From an uncultured Chloroflexia bacterium (GTDB taxonomy: Bacteria; Chloroflexota; Anaerolineae; CG2-30-64-16), in assembly GCA_963837925.1 (NCBI GenBank), contig CAWIPK010000003.1:1358441-1422440 (forward strand): DNA of 64,000 nt. The letters run 5' to 3'. Shown here piece after piece: positions 18,510 to 27,723 of the stretch (the first letter of the stretch is position 1; each line of letters begins with the position of its first letter). Under the pieces are notes generated by a model that saw only the letters and a program-made list of their open reading frames with translations, did no database searches and was not told the DNA's origin. Both the position numbers and the translations under genes were made by a program.

Positions 18510-19484
18510 ATGAACAAGACAATCGGCAAGCTGGCCAGGATCGGCCTGGTCGTACAAATCATGCGTCTGCTGGACCGCCGGCAGGAAAGCCGGATGCAGA
18601 GGCTGTTGCGACGGTTCGAGCGGCGCCAATCGTTGACGACGCGCACCACGCAGCAGTTGTCGCAACTGGCCTCGCGCACCGGCAAACAATTGGAACATCA
18701 GGCGCGGGCGCTGCCACTGGTCGGTAACCGTTTCAGCCGTAAGTCACCGGCCAGACGCCTCCTGGGAAATCTGCCCCTGGTCGCTGGCCTGAGCCTGCCG
18801 GCCCTGTCGGCGGTGAGCCTGCAGAGCCTATCTGCCGGGAACATGCCCTGGACGTCAAACCGGCGCGCCGGCATGACAGAGCGGCGAAACGGCCGGACGA
18901 AGACCACGCGCATCGTAACCATGACGCAGACCGAGCGCCTTGCCGGGCTGGGGCGCAACAACCGTTTGCTGGCCCTGCTCGGCTTAGGCACTGCGCTGGG
19001 TCTGGCCGGCGTCTTCGTTTTTGGCCGGCTGGTCCGCACCAGGGGCAGCGGGCGGGGCGCGACGGCCTGGCCGGGCGGATACGAGGGCAGGCAGTCTGGG
19101 TCGACGGGCGCCGGGCAGGCCACAGCCACAATGCAGATGGCTGATCCTGGCGAGGCGGATCGCAGGCGGGAGCCAGACTGGGGTCATGCCGGCCGCGAAT
19201 TCGCCCAGGCGAACCGGCACCATCCGGTGGACGTCGAGGTGCAAGAGGCCGGCGGCAACGTGCGGCCGCTCGCCCAGGAGATGCCGCTGCTCGGGATCGA
19301 CCTGGGCCTCGACGGCGTTCAGATCATGTTGGGGCACGGCGAGGACGAGCGCATGGAGCACGACATCCATGACCCGACCGGGCTGCAGTCAATCACAGAT
19401 GAGAACGGATCGCAGATAGGGCTGGAGATCAGCGCGCGCGATGGGTCGACGACGACGGTGAAGCTGGCCCGACAGTCGAGCTAG
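18510..19484 (+). CDS. Hypothetical membrane-anchored protein (one central TM helix), co-transcribed with the DUF2171 pair
   Basis: GGAG RBS and an ATG 12 nt after the previous stop. TM segment LLALLGLGTALGLAGVFVFGRLV. No recognisable family. Confidence 0.4.
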   Translation: MNKTIGKLARIGLVVQIMRLLDRRQESRMQRLLRRFERRQSLTTRTTQQLSQLASRTGKQLEHQARALPLVGNRFSRKSPARRLLGNLPLVAGLSLPALSAVSLQSLSAGNMPWTSNRRAGMTERRNGRTKTTRIVTMTQTERLAGLGRNNRLLALLGLGTALGLAGVFVFGRLVRTRGSGRGATAWPGGYEGRQSGSTGAGQATATMQMADPGEADRRREPDWGHAGREFAQANRHHPVDVEVQEAGGNVRPLAQEMPLLGIDLGLDGVQIMLGHGEDERMEHDIHDPTGLQSITDENGSQIGLEISARDGSTTTVKLARQSS

Positions 19485-19505
19485 CGCCCGTCACGCGGCG
19501 GCACC

Positions 19506-19550
19506 GGCGAAGCATCTTCCGGCGCTGGAGCGCCGGAAGATGCTTCCGCC
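19506..19550. terminator. Long GC-rich hairpin (18-bp perfect stem plus 3 bp, 2-4 nt loop) without a U-tract; a factor-independent terminator-like structure ending the 15.6-19.5 kb plus-strand cluster
   Basis: ggcgaagcatcttccggcgct gg agcgccggaagatgcttc(c)gcc lies 22 nt after the stop of the 18510..19484 gene. Confidence 0.45.
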
Positions 19551-19777
19551 AATGCTAGGCATCGCGCTCACTCGCCGCACCCTCCGTATCGCTCAACACG
19601 ACAGCGGGCGCGTCCGCCGCCTATTACGCCCCCGTGTCATGCTGAGCGACGCCTTCGACACGCGTTGCCTGTCAGCCAACCGAGCGAAGCATCTCTCGCT
19701 GGCCCTTCCCATCATGCCGAGCGATGCATCTATCGCGAACGTCGCAGACAGAGGGCCTGTCACCTCGGCTCCGTCCC

Positions 19778-20416
19778 TCAGTAAACGAACGGGATCAGTT
19801 TCTTCGTGCGAGCGGCGTACTCCTCGAACGAAGCGCCGTAGTGGCGGGTCAGATAGGCGTTGAGCAAGGGAATGTTATAGAAAATGAAGCCGGCCAACAT
19901 CGAGACCGGCACCAGCGCCGCGCCAGTATAGTGCGCCAGCCAGGCGTAGCCCCCCCAGGAGATCACCTCCCCCAGGTAGTTCGGGTGCTGCACCCATCCG
20001 AAGAGGCCGCCTGTGTAGAGCTTGCCCTGGTGACCCGGCACCTGCTTCCAGTGATTGCGCGCGGCCTCGGAACCGGTAGTGATGGCCGAGCCGGTCACGA
20101 ACAGCGCCGCCGCCAGGGCATCAGCCGCTCCCGGTGCCTCGGCTGAGCGCCCGCCCAGCACGTCGAGCACGAAGTGCAAGACGTACATGACGAGCGAATT
20201 GCCCCAGGCCTCTTGCCAACCGATCCGCCGGCGCAAGGTGTGAAAGAGGTTGAAGCTCAGGCGTAGCATGTAGATGAGTGCACAGCTGAACAGCCAGACC
20301 CTGCGGAGCCGGTTGCCTGCCCGCCAGCCGAGACGAAACCGGCGGTCGAGGGTGGTATAGCCGCTGCCGAGCAGAAACCAACCAGAAAGGACCACCGCCA
20401 GCACCTGATTGCCCAT
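19778..20416 (-). CDS. DUF1295 / isoprenylcysteine carboxyl methyltransferase-like membrane methyltransferase family protein
   Basis: GLFGWVQHPNYLGEVISWGGYAWL (HPNYLGE motif) and multiple TM helices. Start taken at M78 of ORF 19778..20647. Confidence 0.65.
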   Translation of the reverse strand: MGNQVLAVVLSGWFLLGSGYTTLDRRFRLGWRAGNRLRRVWLFSCALIYMLRLSFNLFHTLRRRIGWQEAWGNSLVMYVLHFVLDVLGGRSAEAPGAADALAAALFVTGSAITTGSEAARNHWKQVPGHQGKLYTGGLFGWVQHPNYLGEVISWGGYAWLAHYTGAALVPVSMLAGFIFYNIPLLNAYLTRHYGASFEEYAARTKKLIPFVY

Positions 20417-20819
20417 GAAGAAGAGCCGCGGCGCCTCCGTCCGGCTGCCCCGCTGGCCGTGCAAGATCACACTTTGCGTCACGCGTTTTTCCTCCCTATC
20501 CGCCTGTGCGGCTGGAACGCGGCTCTCCGGCGAGAAGGCTCGGCCCGGTCTGTGCCCTTCGCCTGGCGGCATGGCCCCTCTCTCCCCAAGCGACAGGAAG
20601 AACGAGCAGTCGGCCACAATCGTACGCCCCTGCCTTGCCGTTGTCAATTGGGTAGCCGAGCGCGAAATCTACCAGTTGCGCTATAATGGGTTTGCGGTGA
20701 GCGCCGGCAGCCGGGCAAATCCCCGGGACCCAGAACAGGAAGCGCGACCGTCGGGCCGGCGGACCGCCACCTTCTCGTGCGGTCGCGCATGAGACAGAGA
20801 TCACCAAGGACGATGAATC

Positions 20820-23800
20820 GTGCCAGACTTCAAACACTATACCCTGCGCCAATTAGACGAGGCTCTGCTCGCGCTCGAGCAGGCCGTCTACACCCCGGTC
20901 GGCGAGCTCGAAATACGCGCCTGGTGCACGCCCGAGCCGCTGCCTTTCGACGAGCGCACGCGCGGGCGCGAGCTGGCCCTCCGCGTGGGCGACAAGTGGG
21001 GCGACCTCTTCGATTGCGCCTGGTTTCGCTTCAGCGGCCAGGTGCCTGCGGCCGCGGCCGGCAAGAAAACCGTGCTCTTGCTCGACGTCCACGGCGAGCT
21101 GTGCGTCTTCGACGGGGACGGCACCCCGCTGCGCGGCCTGACCACCGTCACCTCGGCCTTCGAGTTCACGCTCGGCATGCCCGGCAAACGTGTGCTGCTG
21201 TTGAGCGAACACGCCGCCGGCGGAGAGCCGGTCGAGGTCTGGGCCGACGCGGGCAGCAACGACTTGTTCGGTAACCTCCAGGGAGGGGGGACGGTCCGCG
21301 AAGCCTCGATCGCGACCTGCGATGAAACCGTGCGCGCGCTCTATTACGACTTCGAGGTGCTGCTGGACTTCCTGAGCACGCTTCCGCCCGAACTCACCCC
21401 GCTACGAGCAGGTTCTGACCGGCCTCAACGACGCTCTACATGCGCTCTATGCCGGGCTCCCGCAGGCAGCCGGCGCGGCGCGGGGGTTGCTGGCGCCGCA
21501 CCTCGCGCGGCGCGGCGGCGACCCGGCCCTCGAGGTCAGTGCCGTCGGCCACGCGCACATGGACCTGGGCTGGCTCTGGCCGGTGCGTGAGACGATACGG
21601 AAGAGCGCGCGCACCTTCGCGACCGCCATCGCCAACCTGGAGCTCTATCCCGACTACGTATTCGGGGCCAGCCAACCCCAGCAGTATCAATGGATGAAGG
21701 AACGCTACCCGACCCTCTACGCGAAGATCAAGCAGAAGGTGGCCGAGGGACGCATCGAGCCCCAGGGCGCGATGTGGGTCGAGGCCGACACCAACGTCTC
21801 GGGCGGCGAGGCGCTCGTGCGCCAGATACTGCAAGGCGAGCGCTTCTGGCGGGAAGAATTCGACAAGACGATCGATTACCTGTGGCTGCCGGACGTCTTC
21901 GGTTACAGCGCAGCCTTGCCTCAGATCCTGCGCCGGTCCGGCGTGCCCTACTTCTCGACCCAGAAGCTGTCCTGGAGCCTGATCAACGTCTTCCCACACC
22001 ACTCTTTCCACTGGCAGGGGATCGACGGCAGCCGGGTGCTGGCGCACATGCTGCCCGAGGAAACCTACAACAGCCCGGCCTTGCCGCGCTCCGTGCGCAA
22101 GATCGAACGCAACTACAAAGAGAAGGGGGTCTCCGGACACAGCCTGCTGGTCTTCGGCATCGGCGACGGTGGGGGCGGCCCCGGCGAGGAGCATCTCGAA
22201 CGACTTGACCGGCTGCGGAACCTGGAGGGGCTGAGCCCGGTCAGGCAGGAGCCGGTGGAGGCCTTCATCGCCAAGTGGCGAGAGGATGCGGAGCGCTTCC
22301 CGACGTGGAGCGGCGAGCTCTACCTGGAGCGGCACCAGGGCACGTTGACAACCGAGGCGCGCAACAAGTGGTACAACCGGAAGCTCGAGCTTGCGTTGCG
22401 GGAACTGGAGTGGACGTCGGTCGTAGCCGGTTTCGTCGGCCAGAAAGCCTACCCGGCTGCCCGGCTGCAGGCCATCTGGCGCGAGGTCTTGCTGTACCAG
22501 TTCCACGACATCCTGCCAGGCTCGTCGATCAAGCGCGTGTACGACGAGAGCCTGGCTCGCTATGCGCTCCTGCTAGACGAGGTGGAGAAGCAGATCGCGG
22601 ACAATGACGCCTGTCTGGCCGGGCGGATCGATACCCTGGGCACGGTCGCGCCGTTGCTCGTGCAGAATTCGCTGTCCTGGGCGCGCCGCGAATGGCTGCC
22701 GGTGGGTGAGAGGTGGCTGCAGGTGACGGTTCCGCCGATGGGCTATGTGGTGGTGGATGCGGCCGGGGAGGCGGTACCGGACTCGACGGGCGACCCGCGG
22801 CCGGGAACGCCGGGAGTGGCGGCGACCGAGCGCAGCCTGGAAAACGATCTGCTGCGGGTGCAATTCGGCACGGATGGGGATATCAGCTCGCTTTACGACA
22901 AGCGGCTGCAGCGCGAGCTGATCCCGGCCGGCCTGACGGCCAACCGGCTGGCCGTATACCGGGATTTGGGCGACGCCTGGGACTTCCCGATGGACTATGC
23001 CGAGCAGACGCCACGTAGGATGAAGCTGGTGGGATCGAGCGCCAGGATAGAGGGGCCACGGGCCGTCCTGCAGCAAACCTATCGGCTAGGTCACTCGGAA
23101 CTGCAGCAGACGACTATCCTGACACATGGCAGCGCGCGCCTTGACTTCGTCAGCCGGCTGCACTGGCGCGAAACCGAGGCCATGCTGCGCACGAGCTTCC
23201 CGGTGGCCGTGCACGCCGAGGATGCCACCTTCGAGATCCAGTTCGGGCACGTGCGCCGGCCCACCCACCGCAACACCACCTGGGACCTGGCCCGCGACGA
23301 AGTTGCCGGTCACAAATGGGTCGACCTCTCGCAGCGGGATTACGGGGTAGCCCTTCTGAACGATTCTAAGTACGGGCATAAGGTCAAGGGGCAGGTCATC
23401 GACCTGAACCTGCTGCGCAGCGTACCCTACCCGGGGCCGCGGCTGGTGAACGACGCCAACCTGGCGCCGGGTGAGCCAAACCATGACTACACAGACCAGT
23501 GCGACCATCGATTTATCTACTCGCTGTTCCCTCACCCCGGCGATCATGTCGCCGGCCGGGTAGCGCAGGCGGCGTACGAACTCAACGTGCCCGTGCGAAC
23601 TCTCCCCCTACCCGTGCAGAGCGGGCCGCTGACGGCCCTGACCTCGTTCCTCGAAATCGACGCGCCCAATGTGATCGTGGAGGCGGTCAAGCGGGCCGAA
23701 GATGGGGCCGGCGTCATCGTGCGTCTGTATGAGGCTGAGGGCCAGGCGGCGCGCGCCGACTTGCATTTCGGCTTCCCGGTGGCAAGGGCGCGCGAGACGG

Positions 23801-23904
23801 ACTTGCTGGAGGCGCCGTTGGCCGTGCTGGCGCCGCAGAGAGATCGGCTGAAGCTCGAGTTCGCGCCGTTCGAGATAAAGACGCTGCGCCTGGAAATGGC
23901 ATAG
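20820..23904 (+). pseudogene. GH38 alpha-mannosidase gene interrupted by a +1 frameshift near 21397-21402 (either a real pseudogene or an assembly indel)
   Basis: ORF 20820..21590 (frame 3) is a GH38 N-terminal region ending ...LLDFLSTLPPELTP. ORF 21487..23904 (frame 1) continues (open upstream to 21376) ...PRYEQVLTGLNDAL...AVGHAHMDLGWLWPVRETIRKSARTF plus the full catalytic and C-terminal domains. The combined product is ~1028 aa, typical for bacterial GH38. The junction lies in a CACCCC run. Confidence 0.8.
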
Positions 23905-23922
23905 ATCGCGCCGGCGGCGGAC

Positions 23923-23951
23923 TTGGATTAAATCGTAATTTCGGGTACAAT
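23923..23951 (+). promoter_or_regulatory. Candidate sigma70-like promoter TTGGAT-N17-TACAAT upstream of the SGNH hydrolase gene
   Basis: TTGGAT (~23923) and TACAAT (~23946) with a 17-nt spacer, ~60 nt upstream of the AAAGGA RBS and the ATG at 24013. Confidence 0.35.
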
Positions 23952-24012
23952 TGCCACGTTCCGGCGGCGGGTCGTCTGCCACCGGCCAAGCAACGAGGTG
24001 AAAGGATCGAAG

Positions 24013-25296
24013 ATGCAACGGAAGGTGATCGTGGCCGGCGCAACGCTGGCTGCTCTCCTGCTGATGACACGCGTCATCAGCGGACTTGACAGCAGCGCCG
24101 CCCGCCCCCCCCTACCGGCACCGGCGGTCATCGCTCAGGCTGCCCAACCGGCAGCCGCCCCACTCGCGACCGCAGACCACTCCTCCGCCGATACTCGCCA
24201 GCCGGCCGCACGACGGCAGCCTGGCACGACGGCCCTTCCGGTCTTGCACGGCTCTGCGCCCGCAGCCGGTAAGCTGGTCGCGCCTCTGGCGTCCCAGAGT
24301 AACCCAGCCGCGCCTGCTTCCCGGCCGGCCAACGAGCATTCGGCGGCCAGTCGGAATACATCGAGCGCGGCGCTGACCGGCGCGGCGCAGGGTCCCGCGC
24401 TGCCCGTTGCCGAGGCCGAGAACGAATCGGGGCAGGGGGCGGCAGCGGAGCCGGCCGCAGCCGCCAGTGCGCCCACGCGGCACGCCATCGCCATGGTAGG
24501 GACCGGAATTCTACCGGCCGTGGCATCGGCCCCGGCTCTGGACAGGCCTATCAACGGGATCCCGGTGGAAGCCGTCCTGGTGCTGCCCGACAACGTGAAG
24601 GCGAACGTGCGTGAGATCTATGCCAGGGGTCAGCGCATCGGCCGCGACCCGCGCGCCTTCTCCAAGATAGGCGACAGCACGATGGTCTGGCCGGCCTTCA
24701 TGTCTGCCTTCGACTGGGGCTACAACCTGGGGCCATATTCCTACTTGCAGACGGCGATCGGGCAGTACGCCGGGTCGTTCAGCCGGGTCAGCTTGGCCGC
24801 CGTCAAAGGCATCAACTCCTGGCGCCAGTTTGACCCGGGCTCCGCCGACCTGCAGTACTGCCGTTCGAACGAGGGGCCTGTGCAGTGCGAGTTCCGGCTG
24901 CACAACCCAAGCATCGTCTTCATCCGGCTGGGCGCTAACGATTGGGGCGAGCCCGGCGAGTTCCAGCAAAGCATGGAACGGATCGTCGAGTACTTCCTGA
25001 ACCGGGGTGCTGTCCCCGTGTTGGGCACCAAACCCGATCGCCTCGAGGGCCCTGACAACACGCTGAATAAGATTGTCGGCCAGATCGCCGCCGAATACGA
25101 GATCCCGCTCTGGGACTACGACCAGGTGGCCGCGACCGTGCCGAACCGGGGCCTGCTGCCGGATATGACTCACTTCCAGGACGGCGGCCCGCACAACTAC
25201 TCTTCGCCCGGCACGTTCCAACATGGAGATTCGCTGGAGGACCTGACCGCCCTGATGATGTTGGACGCACTCGACCGGATCATCGCGGCCGAGTAG
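24013..25296 (+). CDS. Secreted/membrane-anchored SGNH (GDSL) hydrolase with a long Ala/Pro-rich linker
   Basis: N-terminal TM/signal (VIVAGATLAALLLM), then a ~150-aa low-complexity A/P-rich region. The SGNH domain carries block I FSKIGDSTMVW and a DxxH-like C-terminal block. Confidence 0.7.
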   Translation: MQRKVIVAGATLAALLLMTRVISGLDSSAARPPLPAPAVIAQAAQPAAAPLATADHSSADTRQPAARRQPGTTALPVLHGSAPAAGKLVAPLASQSNPAAPASRPANEHSAASRNTSSAALTGAAQGPALPVAEAENESGQGAAAEPAAAASAPTRHAIAMVGTGILPAVASAPALDRPINGIPVEAVLVLPDNVKANVREIYARGQRIGRDPRAFSKIGDSTMVWPAFMSAFDWGYNLGPYSYLQTAIGQYAGSFSRVSLAAVKGINSWRQFDPGSADLQYCRSNEGPVQCEFRLHNPSIVFIRLGANDWGEPGEFQQSMERIVEYFLNRGAVPVLGTKPDRLEGPDNTLNKIVGQIAAEYEIPLWDYDQVAATVPNRGLLPDMTHFQDGGPHNYSSPGTFQHGDSLEDLTALMMLDALDRIIAAE

Positions 25297-25359
25297 ACCC
25301 GAGCGCCCCGGAAGGACGTGCTCCCGTTTCCCGCCTCGTCTGCCGGCCACGCACCACCA

Positions 25360-26709
25360 TCAGGGCGCGCTGACAGCGGCGGCGATCAGAGCGGCGTAGG
25401 CGGCGGCTCCGGCGGGCCGAAGGTGTATCCCGTCATCCCAGAACCACTCCGGATGCCGGCTGCCGGCTGCGCTCCAGTCCACAAGCACGGCGCTCGGGTA
25501 GCGCTTGATTCCCTCGGCCAGCACGGTATCGTTGGGAGCCTCCCAGACGCGCGGCACCCTGACATTCACGAACACCACCCGTCGCTGTCCCTGCAGAACC
25601 TGCATCATCTCGTCGAACTGGCGAGCGCTGAAGGTGCCATTGGTCCCCAGGTGCACGATCACCACGCCGCCTAGCTGGCCGGCCGCCTTGCGCTCCTCCA
25701 GCACCTGGATCGAGGGTGTCACCTGCCGGCTGACCGCGGCGTCGACGTGCAGGTGCGGGATAGCGGCCATCAGTTCAGGGACGGCGCCGACCATCACGGA
25801 GTCGCCGATCGCAAACACGCATTCCGCACAAGCGCCGTCAGTCGCCGAGACCGTGGCCGTAGGCGTCGCCGAGGCGGCCAGGGCGCCGGGGGGCGGCCGC
25901 GGCTGCCAGGAACGGCGCAGCCTGGCACTGCCCCCCGCCGGCCCGGCCAAGGGGCCGGCTGCGGACGGCATCGGAGCGGTCGCGTAGGGTGTCGGCGGCG
26001 CAGTCGTGCGAGGCGGCACTGAGGCAGTCGCCGAAGGCGTCAGCGGTAGAGTCGCCGCAGGCGTCAGCGGGCGACCGGCCATTACGCCCACGGAAGCCGC
26101 GTCCAACTGGGGCAGGAACGCTGAAACGGCGGTGCATACCTGAGGGGGATAGGCCGGCGCGCAGCGCGCCAGCAAGCTGCGGGCGGAGCTCAGGATCGCA
26201 CGGGGGTCGGGCGTGGGCGGCGGCTCAGCTGCCTCTGCAGGGGCTGGGGCAGCTGAGGCCAGTCCTCCCGACCTCGAGCTCGGTCCGCGACCGGCGCTGT
26301 ACGGGCTTTCGTCGGCGGTCTGGCCCGAAAGCGGGCCGGCTGCGACCGGCGGGTGAGGCGTGGCGTCGGCGGCGCCGGCACCTGAGGGCGCCATAGAGGC
26401 CCCCGTGGAAACCGCTCCCCGCTCGCCGGTCAGCTCGACTTGCATGATCGCTGCCGGCAATTGCACGCCAGGCGCTTCGCTCGCCTGGGTGTCGATCGAC
26501 GGCACGGCCAGATAGGCAGGGGGTGGAGGTAGTTCGGCCGCCGCCACGTTAGCGATCAGCAGGCCGCCGCAGCCAAGGACGACGGCGGTCGCGCTGCGCC
26601 GGCCGCCTGCGAGGCGCCAGCGTCGCACGCCTGATGCCGCACGGACCGTCGCCCCAGGCCCGGCTGGCCGCGGCAGTGACGATGAGCATCGCCTCGCGCC
26701 GGCGGACAA
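25360..26709 (-). CDS. SGNH hydrolase domain protein (last TM helix, Pro/Ala-rich linker and SGNH domain), probably the surviving C-terminal part of a decayed AT3-SGNH (OafA-like) acyltransferase
   Basis: Block I FAIGDSVMVGAVPEL, block III VVIVHLGTNG and block V DDGIHL. An N-terminal TM helix (ATAVVLGCGGLLIANVAAA) precedes a ~200-aa P/A/T-rich linker. The exact start is uncertain. Confidence 0.6.
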   Translation of the reverse strand: MSAGARRCSSSLPRPAGPGATVRAASGVRRWRLAGGRRSATAVVLGCGGLLIANVAAAELPPPPAYLAVPSIDTQASEAPGVQLPAAIMQVELTGERGAVSTGASMAPSGAGAADATPHPPVAAGPLSGQTADESPYSAGRGPSSRSGGLASAAPAPAEAAEPPPTPDPRAILSSARSLLARCAPAYPPQVCTAVSAFLPQLDAASVGVMAGRPLTPAATLPLTPSATASVPPRTTAPPTPYATAPMPSAAGPLAGPAGGSARLRRSWQPRPPPGALAASATPTATVSATDGACAECVFAIGDSVMVGAVPELMAAIPHLHVDAAVSRQVTPSIQVLEERKAAGQLGGVVIVHLGTNGTFSARQFDEMMQVLQGQRRVVFVNVRVPRVWEAPNDTVLAEGIKRYPSAVLVDWSAAGSRHPEWFWDDGIHLRPAGAAAYAALIAAAVSAP

Positions 26710-26968
26710 GGGGCAGCAACAGGAAAAACAAGGGTGGCCAGATCAGGTAGAACTATTCCTCGACGGCCAGCGACCACAAATGCTGGAGCAGCGGCGGCCG
26801 GCCGACCGTTAGGAAATAGGACCGGTGCGGCAGGCGGGCATGGTAGAGGATGACAGCCAGCAGCGCGAGCGCGCGCAGACCGTCGAGCGCGGCGATGCAC
26901 CCCAGGCTCGCGCCCTGCGCGGGCGGGCTGCCGTCGGCCCGCAGTTCGACCAAGGACCTGATCCCCAT
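26549..26968 (-). pseudogene. N-terminal remnant of an acyltransferase-3 (AT3/OafA) membrane domain with an in-frame amber codon inside the conserved VEEQFY motif and internal deletions
   Basis: ORF 26753..26968 encodes LDGLRALALLAVILYH...LWSLAVEE, then TAG, and the same frame continues FYLIWPPL (the track shows 7 codons to the TTG start of ORF 26549..26731). The canonical AT3 motif is WSLxVEEQFYLxWP. The LYH-to-WSL distance is ~25 aa versus ~100 aa in intact AT3, and the frame differs from the downstream SGNH ORF. Confidence 0.5.
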
Positions 26969-27038
26969 GCCGGATGGCCTACCCCAACGACAGCCACGCT
27001 GTTACCGTGAACGCGTTTGTCTCACCTGAGCAATCCCA

Positions 27039-27521
27039 TTATGCGTTCTCGCGGTACGGATTGTCAAAGCGGAAGAAGTTGCTCTGATTGCCGTTCTTAA
27101 GGTTCTCCTGGTACAGAAAGACCAACTGGCGATCGTCGAACGTCTTGAACCACTGGTCCCAGCTCACTTCCTGCAGCCTATCACCCCCATAGCCCGGGAA
27201 GTTGAAGCGCAGGACGCCCAGGTGCTCGTCATGCTCGGTGCCCGGGACGGTGGCCGGCACCGCCCCTCGTTCTTCGGCCCAGTGCCGAATAACGTCGTGG
27301 CTGCGTGTCGCCAAAGACTGTCCTTTGTGATCCTGATGCTCGTCCGTGCTGCCGATCCACTTGGCGCGCTTGGTGGAGGCAGACAGCTTGTCGCCGACCT
27401 TCTTCAGGTACTTTCGATCCTCGGCCGAGGCGTTCTGCCAGCGCTCGTTCGTGTCCGAACTGGCTTTGCCCTCCGACTTATCCTTTGACTGAGCCTTCGT
27501 GCTCGATTTGGTGTCGGCCAT
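27039..27521 (-). CDS. Hypothetical hydrophilic protein (Lys/Ser/Thr-rich N-terminus, conserved C-terminal region)
   Basis: ATG at M122 of ORF 27039..27884 with GGAGGG RBS. Sequence MADTKSSTKAQSKDKSEGKASSD...FNFPGYGGDRLQEVSWDQWFKTFDD. Its own ~200-bp upstream region has lower GC. Confidence 0.45.
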   Translation of the reverse strand: MADTKSSTKAQSKDKSEGKASSDTNERWQNASAEDRKYLKKVGDKLSASTKRAKWIGSTDEHQDHKGQSLATRSHDVIRHWAEERGAVPATVPGTEHDEHLGVLRFNFPGYGGDRLQEVSWDQWFKTFDDRQLVFLYQENLKNGNQSNFFRFDNPYRENA

Positions 27522-27723
27522 GCAGTTCCCTCCGATATCCGCCCGGCACGCGCTTACCGTGGCAAGCCGCCGTATGCTGGCCGGGCGCTGAGATCGATAG
27601 GCGCCGGTGAGCGCATATCCATCTTCAATCTTAACGGAGAAGAGACCAACAGCCTGTAAGGTAGACAATAATCTTTGGTATACGCAGGGTCCCAAGGGAA
27701 CCTGAAGCCTCGGCAGCAGCCGG

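Noticed and set aside
19540-19863. 107-aa ORF in the repeat-rich spacer after the 19506 hairpin
   Set aside because: No RBS; its composition is driven by the degenerate DNA repeats and it overlaps the 3' end of the DUF1295 gene. Treated as non-coding (discussed in the findings).
20777-21274. 165-aa ORF overlapping the GH38 N-terminal region in another frame
   Set aside because: Arg-rich alternative frame of a confidently assigned GH38 coding region.
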